From Octopus bimaculoides (Eukaryota), in assembly GCF_001194135.2 (NCBI RefSeq), contig NC_068981.1, positions 170,387,998-170,451,997 of the forward strand: a stretch of 64,000 nucleotides of DNA. Direction: 5' to 3'. Under the pieces are notes generated by a model. It did no database searches and was not told where the DNA came from. It saw only the letters and a program-made list of their open reading frames with translations. This document shows positions 55,690-64,000 of the stretch, piece after piece (within the stretch, counting starts at the first letter, position 1; each line of letters starts with the position of its first letter). A program made the position numbers and the translations under genes.

Positions 55690-57640
55690 CATATTTAGTA
55701 AAAAAAGAACCTGCAAAATACCATGGCTTCGAAAATACAAGGGGTCAGTTAGATGCTTTGACAGTCAACATAAACCAAATCTCCTTAGATCCTATTAAAA
55801 AGGTATCTATGAACAACAGCAGAATTGCTAACAACAACAACACCAGCAAAAACAACACGATAGAAAATACATTTGAAAGCAACACCTCCACTGCTCCAGT
55901 CAGCAGTGATGACAAAAACAAGAACAATAGCAGCAATAACTAGCATTTGCAATAGAAAGGATAAACAAAATTTTATACAACTCACCTCAAAATTCCAAAT
56001 CTACCGCCAGCACTCTAAATAGTCGCACAAATATAAATTAAGAAACCATAATTAAAAATTGAAAGTTACTGATTTCACAAATATTGTGTGACAGGAGGAG
56101 GTAATTAAATTAATGTTTCAATAATTAAAAAATTCTTGACACCATCTTTTGAGGTCTAGCAGAAATGTAAAATTAAACATTCCAGATTCCATCATAAAAG
56201 AAACCAAACTAATATTTGAAAAGGTTAGCAATAAAATAACAGATATAGAACAACTGGCACACCGGCAAATGAAAAGGTTACTTAGAGCAAAATAGGGCAC
56301 AAAAACGTCTTCTTCTGGGTGTGGGGGACGGCATGATACAGTATAATTCCTTACAGAAGATGGGGCCATGAAGCATTTCACGGCAGCATTAAGAAGTCAT
56401 GAACTGTTCCTCATTTTCAACCATGCAAAATATGCAGAACGCTTTAAATAAACAAATACGCCGGTGGTGTAGGAGACTTGAGAGGAAATATCAATAAATT
56501 AAATTATAATGAACTGCTTGTGGAATCAACCGTAGATATCTAGAGTGAGGAAATGCTGTATAAGAATAAGGTAAGAAAGTCCTGACTAACCATCTCTTAC
56601 TAAAAATATATATGTACACGCTCGTAATTTGTTACCTCGCTCACCTGCTAAACGACCTCAGGTTACTAGAGATAGACATAGTGGCCATCAGTGAGACAAG
56701 AGTTTCCGATCCACTGCCAGCCGGCCTATTTTCGATGGATACGAGATCTTTATATTTTGAAGCAGAGCAGATTTTGTAGGTAGAACCTCTGTGTTCTTTT
56801 GGAAGGGCTTAGGACTCATCTCCTTGTACCCAGAAATATATTGATAGTTCTAGTTGTGAAGAGTAGTGCAGGATGGAGGTTTAAATGTAGCAGGTGTTCA
56901 AGCTCTGACAGTTGCTGGACAAACATATTTCGTCACAGGCGCGAAATTTCTACTCAAAGCGTATGTCTTATAGAGCTTATGAGTGAATGGAAAAACCATC
57001 TTCCATGCACATTTGGATATATTTCTGGACGTGGCTGATAGAGGAGAGCAGGATGACCCTGCTCATGTTTCCAAATGTCTTACAGGAAAAGACTAAGTTT
57101 TCATAGAGTATTCTGAGGACTAAGTTTTGAGGATAACGTAGATTAACCACGGTTTAAACACGGTGAATATACAAATCAAACATAGATGGTCGCAGAGTTT
57201 ACTTTGATAAATACGCCGTCAGGGCAGGACACAGTAGTGGAAGTTGAAAGTGTCGATCACGGTGCCAGAAGATGACAGAGCCCGGATTAGCAGATTACTT
57301 AATTGGAGCATCGTGCAAAAGTTTCCAACCGATGGCGTTCAAGAGGATGAATAGAGTAGAATCGATTATGTTTAGTAAATTTACAACGAGAGAGAGAGAG
57401 AAACACAAAAGAAGGATATTTTGAAACTTAGAAATTTAGATATTTAGGAAAATCATCACAACCAACGTGTTACTCGACCCGAAGTAGACGTGTACAACTT
57501 CTAAACAAAACGTTAGACGACTTTTCGTGATGGATGGCGGGCTTTAACGCAAAACAGTGCTTACCTGCAAAATCTGACATGACTCTAGGAAAGATAGATG
57601 GGATGTAGCGGAAATCTCGCAGACGTCATGATAACTTCCG
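55690..57640 (+). mobile_element. L1/Tx1-like LINE 5' half (ORF1 remnant plus APE endonuclease), heavily degraded
   Basis: LNDLRLLEIDIVAISETR (56648-56701) matches the APE D...ET motif. Downstream there are decayed VYAP-like and GDWN-like segments and a W(K)L motif near 57240. Upstream KIPNLPP and GRHD...ALRSHE look like ORF1 with a decayed knuckle. Many stops and frameshifts; the clade call is approximate. Confidence 0.65.
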
Positions 57641-57790
57641 TTATGGATTTGTTTACTTGTCCACAACTTAAAGGTTCGGCAAAAGAAATTGATTGAAGTG
57701 TCATATTTTTAAAAAAAGGAAAATACTGGAGTCGATTTGTTAGAGAAAACGTTTGAATACGATGACCCGATATGTCTGTACTGAAACAAA

Positions 57791-59056
57791 TACCAGATCA
57801 TCCTATTAGTAATATCCGGATTTTAAATAAGGAAGAAGGTTCAAATCTTACAATTTTTATTAAACTTAATCGTCAATATAGCGTCTAAGATTATGAATGA
57901 CATCTTCCCTACTATTCGTTAGCATTTTGACCCCATTAATGAAAACCTCGTTCGGTTTTGAAGAGAAGGACTCTGAAAGGTCAGTTTCAACTTCCTCAGT
58001 TATTTCGAGAGTTAATTTTCTAAACTACATAACAAATGATAATTTGAAAGAGTAAGGTCTAGAGAATGATGGAGGATAAGCAATTTGCTCCCAGCCAAGT
58101 TCCTCGATCTTCTGTGACATGATCATTACAGTGTGAGGTCTTGCAATGTCCTGAGAAACATCTCACACTTTCGATTCACTAAAGCAGGCCTTTTCTTGTC
58201 TTCAATGCTTCATTCAAATGCTCTAATTGCTAACAGAAGATTTGAGCATTTATTGTTGCATTAGTTGGTAGCAACTCAAAGTGGTTGACTCCTTTGCAAC
58301 CCTAACAAACAGAGAGAAGAATCGTCTTCATATGGAGTTCCTTTTCCGGTTGTGGATGGGCCTTTTCCCCTTCACCAAGCCAATGTCTACGACGCTTAAC
58401 ATTTTTATATAAGACCCATTTTACATCACCCGTCACCTGTCTGAATAAAAAGGGAGAGATGAGTTCACGAGAGCGAAGAGAAGCGATGTTCATTAGGGAT
58501 TTGCGGCTAGCTTCCGACAAATCTTGTGACACACATTTTCCGAGTTTTATGAGCTTTCCAAGCTGTGGAAGTTGGCCGTGAACAGTCGTACGGCTTGAAT
58601 GAAGCTTGCTTTCTTCAATTCAAACTGCAAGATCTTTTTCAACCTCTGCGAAAAGGAGCTTGTCATCAGACCAATTAGACATGTTTTTCGGGCCTCATCT
58701 TCCAGACTGAAATCTCCACTTCTGAATTATACAAACATCTGAAAGTTCTTTCATTAAGGCACTCTTCTCCATAAGCTGAGTGAATAACTGGAGTCGCTTC
58801 AGCTGAAGAGTTCGCTTTTTTAAACTCATAAAGCATTATGTGCCTTAAATGATCCTTAGACACTTCCATGTTTAAAGAGATACAGCTAGTGAAATTTCAA
58901 TTAGGCTATCCTTCAAAATGAAATTTAATTAGTTTAAATATTTCCAAATACATATAAATATTACTTGATACCATTCGACATTCTGAAACACAGTTAACGC
59001 GGGTTTACAAATTGAAAATATAGAATTCCAGACATTACTAATGGGATGACCTGATA
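57791..59056 (-). mobile_element. Full-length mariner (Mos1/SETMAR-like) with TIRs and TA target-site duplication; transposase inactivated
   Basis: TIRs taccagatcatcctattagtaat (57791-57813) and attactaatgggatgacctgata (59034-59056), with TA at both ends and 1266 bp total. Peptides MEVSKDHLRHIMLYEFKK, VTGDVKWVLYKNVKRRRHW, HDIARPH-like and LGWEQIAYPP. Frameshifts and stops are present. Confidence 0.92.
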
Positions 59057-59929
59057 CAATAATAAAAGAAAAATATGGAAAAAAAATCCCATGATCAAAA
59101 TATAACGATAAACGTTATTTGGAGCTCAGACATTACTGCTAAGAGTTTTACGCAGAGATGAATCAGTAATCCATGAACAGTTCCAAATCTTCTCAGTCAA
59201 TGAAGTCAGTCTTTTATGTGTTATCACTAGTTACTAGAATCATCCACATCATTTCTTGCAAACCCACACCTGCTTTCTTCAGCAACAAGATTTATATTTA
59301 AATAGAAATTTGTTCAATCAATGTTCTTCTGGATTTAAACAACATATCACTGATGAACAACAACAAGAGCGAAGGAGCACAGGGAAATAAATTACTGAAA
59401 AGATTAGTCTTTCACTTAGTAAGCAAATAATAGAAGTTTCCTCGCAGAGTTATAGTAAATAGAATGCAATTAGAAAGAGCATAAAAACAATTAAAATCGT
59501 ATGTAAAATGGCATCAACTTTCTTTCAAAAACTACTGCGTTGACTGATATAATTAATTAAAGCTGACTGACCAAAATTAGCCAAATTATAGTTATTTTTC
59601 TCCTCACAAATATTAAATATTAACGGAAAACTAATAAAAATATTTACGCTATACCTTCACAAGTTTTATATGTGTTTTTTTTTTTAGCTTTTATTCATGA
59701 TGTTGGTAAAAAATTATCTGAAGAAAGTTTCATTTGAATAAATTTAATTATATGTTTCAAATATAATAACATACAATGAATATATAATGAAAATATCAGA
59801 AGCGAAGTCCCAAGGGCTACTAAAAAGTATCACCGATTAATATATATGCCTATATAAGAGCAAGCCTGTATGCGTATGTCTATGTGTAAGTGGACGTATA
59901 CGCGTGTAAGTACATATAAATATGTATGC

Positions 59930-59975
59930 ATATATATACACACACACAAGCACACACACGCATACACACACACAT

Positions 59976-60057
<82 letters not shown>

Positions 60058-60075
60058 ATGTATGTATGTATACGT
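59930..60075. repeat. Compound (CA)n(TA)n(TATG)n microsatellite
   Basis: Read directly. Confidence 0.95.
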
Positions 60076-61821
60076 ATGTATATGCATATATGCACGCACA
60101 TTTGTGTGTATGTGTGAATATATAAAAATATAATACGCATATTAAATGCATTCATTTATGTATTTAATATTTGCGTATGCCGCCATAGATGCATGCATAC
60201 ACACATTCACACACGCATGTACGTACATGCATAAATACATACATTAATGAAGACGCACATACTTGTATGTATATTTTTACCTACATTCCACCGCCAACCA
60301 CCCTTCCCACCCTTCCACTTATTAATAAGTTGATTGATGCAAATATAACTTTTTACTACATAATAAATGACATGAGCTAAGTGAGTCAGATGCGGTAATG
60401 AAGAAGAGTGAGAAGCAGGTGGTGAAGAAATGTAAAAAAAAAAAATGTGCGAAAACATTTCTAGAAATATAAAAAGTATTAAATATATAATGAAAAGACA
60501 CAAATAAATTGGCTGAGTAAAAACTTTTTTCCTGTAGTTAAGGGACACTAACAGTTGTATAAAATGTACGACTGAAAATATTTATCAGAAAACATATATA
60601 TCGAACGCATTTTAAAATCATTGCGTAGGTGACTGCAAGTTCGGAGAATAGAAGTGCTGGTCAGAAAGGAATGTTACCCGGAGAAAAGAAGTAGAGTCGT
60701 TTTTTCTTTTTTGAATAAATCAAGAATTTTCCTAACATCAACTCTTTTTAGATAAGTAAATGATTGTATTAAAGCACCAGGTGGCACTGATATTTTAATA
60801 AAATGTAATAAATCGGATAGACTCTGCAACAGCTTTCACGCATTTCAAAAGTTTCTTAAGTCATTGTTGAAAGATTTTGTTTTTGTTGCATAACACATTA
60901 GGTACTTTGAATACGACGTGAGCAGCTGAGATGGTTCTGTTACGTAAATATGTTTCTAATGATGAGGTCCATATCTAAGAATTTGTTTATAATGAAGGAT
61001 GTGTGTATAGTAACAAATCTGGTTTGTTATTATCATTATTTCTCACTGGTTTATATCAGATATAAACGTGGTGGAATGTTATATGTCTTTGCCCTCTCAT
61101 TATAGGTTAATCATATAAACGGTATGAGACATAAACAACTCTATAATTCGTTCCATACTGATGATATCAGGTTACATATATGAATCCATTTACATTTCAT
61201 AGTATGTTATAAACGTTTTCAAGATATAAATCTTGTAAGATTGGTATTGCTAAACTAATTTTAATTTCAGACTTAAACTGCTAACGTCACGTCAATAACT
61301 CGGTCTGGATGATAATAGATCATGAATAATTTTCTTAATTCTGAAGAATTGTATGATTAACATCATTTTCAAATTACGAATTTATATAATAGAGATTATC
61401 TAAGTGAACTATCTCACATTAGCAAACACATTCAGAAATTCATATCTAGCTTGGCGAATTATCTGTTAAAAGAATAAAAAAATACATCAATGCCGTCGAA
61501 TATAACCAGGCTTATACTGGCCTGAAATCATGAAAATGAATATGTATGATTGTTACATTAAACACGCAATACAGACAGTTAAATGTTGTGTAGCATTTTT
61601 TATTTTTTTACCTCTTCTGGATAAGCGTTGATTAAACATAAAGTAAATGTTTGTGTCAATATATTTATGAATTCTTAAATGATCTGATATTCTTAACTTT
61701 CACGAGAGGTGATTTGAAAGTAATAGGCATGGTAGTTACTTTAAGAGGGTATCTCCTACAGTAGGTTTTCATCAGAATATGAAATACCTGTTTATTGTTT
61801 ATGACATATATTAGTGTGGAT

Positions 61822-62210
61822 GTGGAGGCGCAATGACCCGGTGGTTAGGGCAGCGGACGCGCGGTCATAGGGTCGTGGTTTCGATTCCCAGACCGGGCGT
61901 TGTGAGTGCTTATTGAGCGAAAACACCTAAAGCTCCACGAGGCTCCGGCAAGGGACGGTGGCTAACACTGCTGTACTCTTTCACCACAACTTTCTCTCAC
62001 TCTTACTTACTGTTTCTGTTGTGCCTGTAATTCAAAGGGTCAGCCTTGTCACACTGTGTCACGCTGAATATCCCCGAGAACTACGTTAAGGGTACACGTG
62101 TCTGTGGAATGCTCAGCCACTTGCACGTTAATTTCACGAGCAGGCTGTTCCGTTGATCGGATCAACTGGAACCCTCGACGTCGTAAGCGACGGAGTGCCA
62201 ACAACAACAA
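61822..62210 (+). mobile_element. tRNA-derived SINE, family C, full length with 14-bp TSD
   Basis: Head gtggaggcgcaatgacccggtggttagggcagcgg...ggtttcgattccc (A/B boxes) and an (AAC)n tail. TSD atattagtgtggat (61808-61821) and atatcagtgtggat (62211-62224). Confidence 0.9.
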
Positions 62211-62634
62211 ATATCAGTGTGGATATTGAATAACATCATATTTAATGTTGCTTTACACTGGTCAACCTATTAGTACTAAATTACAGATCCCGACTGCATA
62301 TTTTATATTATAAGAGGAAATGAAAAGTACTAATTTTGAACTAAAGAGCAAATTCCGTACCCTATTACAATGACGAAAGATGATTAAACAAACAATAATT
62401 TCTTAAGTTAAATGTAGACTTTTCACATGACTTTAAGTAGTTTGCGAATATCAAACTAGAGAATACAGATTTTTCATTTTTTTTTTTTTAATTACACAGA
62501 GTATATGTAACCAAATAACCTGCGAAATCTTGAAGAGTAACAATAGTATTATTCTTTGAAACAAAAAGATGACTACTTAGTACTGAAATTGAAGAAGTTT
62601 GTGTGTGCGTGTGCGTGTGCGTATGTGTACGTGT

Positions 62635-62835
62635 GTGTGCCTGGTTTCGTTACCGCTTGGCAACCAATGTTAGTGTGTATACGTCCCCATAACTAATTGG
62701 TTCTACAAAACAAACCGATAAAACAAGTACAGGTTTTTTAAAAAATGAGTACTGTGGTTGACATGTTTGACTAAACCCTCAAGTCGATGCCTTACCATGG
62801 CCGAAGTCCAATGATCGAGGACAGAAACAGGTAAA
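62635..62835 (+). mobile_element. SINE family B, degraded 3' half
   Basis: cgcttggcaaccaatgttagtgtgtatacgtccccataact...ccatggccgaagtccaatga aligns with 28525-28690. Confidence 0.7.
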
Positions 62836-63624
62836 AAAACAAAAGAGAAAAAATATACATATGATGAACCAATCACTGTATTTCTTTGCAACGTTGGTTC
62901 ATCCAAATTTTGAAAGGTGGAAATTAAATTATTGTACCTTCAAAGAATGCAATAATTTTCCATAGATGCAACATTTTGAACTCAGATCGATATTCGTGCC
63001 AGTAATAAAATTTCATTGAATATGTACAACATTTATATATTTTCCCCATTTAATGCAAGATTTTCATTGTTGAAACTTTTTAAGACGAATTACCCCATTT
63101 TCTAGGTATTTGTAATTTTATTTACCTTATGAAAGACATTGAAAATACTCCTGTTTTGCAAGAACAAGTTAGCTCAGTGTGATGCTACAAAAAGAAAATC
63201 AACAGTTTACTTATATATTATAGTGATGTAAATATGCAATATTCTTAGGCGGTAAATCAGATTCTGTCAGTGTGGAGTCATATTTCGGAATGGAATATTT
63301 CACATTAAATTCCTTGTTTCTTTTTAGTATATCAGATAATCAGCTCCGTCAATTTAGTTATTGTTCCCCAAATCAGGATTTTCTGCATTGATACTCACAG
63401 AATACTGGGTTTATCTCAAAAATAGTGCACTAAACCAATATGAAATTCTTCCTCATGGAAACACATTTTTACACGGAGAATTAACATTTTTTTCCGTCGT
63501 CTCCCTACTATCCATAACCTTGCCTCGATTTTATTTTTGTAATGAAGAACTAACGTCTGAAACGCTTAAGAACCTTTCCCTTCCATTGAAACGTTAGACT
63601 AATGTAACATTTGTTAAAACTTGT

Positions 63625-63649
63625 CCCTCTCTCTCTCTCTCTCTTTCTT

Positions 63650-63680
<31 letters not shown>

Positions 63681-63705
63681 CTCTCTCTATCTCTCTCTCT
63701 CTCTA

Positions 63706-63790
<85 letters not shown>
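63625..63790. repeat. (CT)n(AT)n microsatellite
   Basis: Read directly. Confidence 0.95.
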
Positions 63791-63792
<2 letters not shown>

Positions 63793-64000
63793 GCACACAC
63801 ACATACATAACAACATACACAGACACACATTCATACATGCATGCATATATATATGAGTGTATGTGTGTTTGTGTGCATGCGTGTGTGTGTATACTGAACT
63901 ATATATTCTTGCATGTGGTTATGACAAATCTTCTTATTGCTACCTTCTATGTTCCTCTTCATCTCCATAAGACTATCATTCTTCATAATGCGGCACAATT

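Noticed and set aside
55378-55943. His-rich 178-aa ORF
   Set aside because: The N-terminal half is (CAT)n microsatellite and the rest overlaps a decayed LINE ORF1 region.
61822-61900. tRNA-like sequences here and at 28314 and 1336
   Set aside because: They are SINE heads with A/B boxes and no complete cloverleaf, so they are not called tRNA genes.

Overview
AT-rich, microsatellite-dense animal genomic DNA from a gapped short-read scaffold, with 16 N-runs totalling roughly 8.3 kb, most abutting simple repeats. The SINE repertoire suggests an octopus or other cephalopod; this is an inference, not checked. I found no host protein-coding gene that I can support. Most long entries in the ORF track are artefacts of N-gaps or microsatellites, and the protein-like ones are transposon remnants. 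The window is a transposon graveyard: an RTE LINE 3' end, two R4/Dong-like LINE fragments, an L1/Tx1-like fragment, two mariners (one full length with TIRs and TA target sites), a Chapaev3-like fragment, two Penelope-like GIY-YIG remnants and at least three tRNA-derived SINE families. The most interesting signal is four minimal type I hammerhead-ribozyme motifs in three unrelated short repeat families (15.6, 37.2, 53.2 and 53.4 kb). All four share an extra A after A9 and a 4-nt ACGU/AUGU stem III. One carries a U3-A8 compensatory core swap, one has A6U, and two form a divergent inverted pair. Second is an RTE LINE whose ORF ends in three tandem C2H2-spaced zinc fingers.
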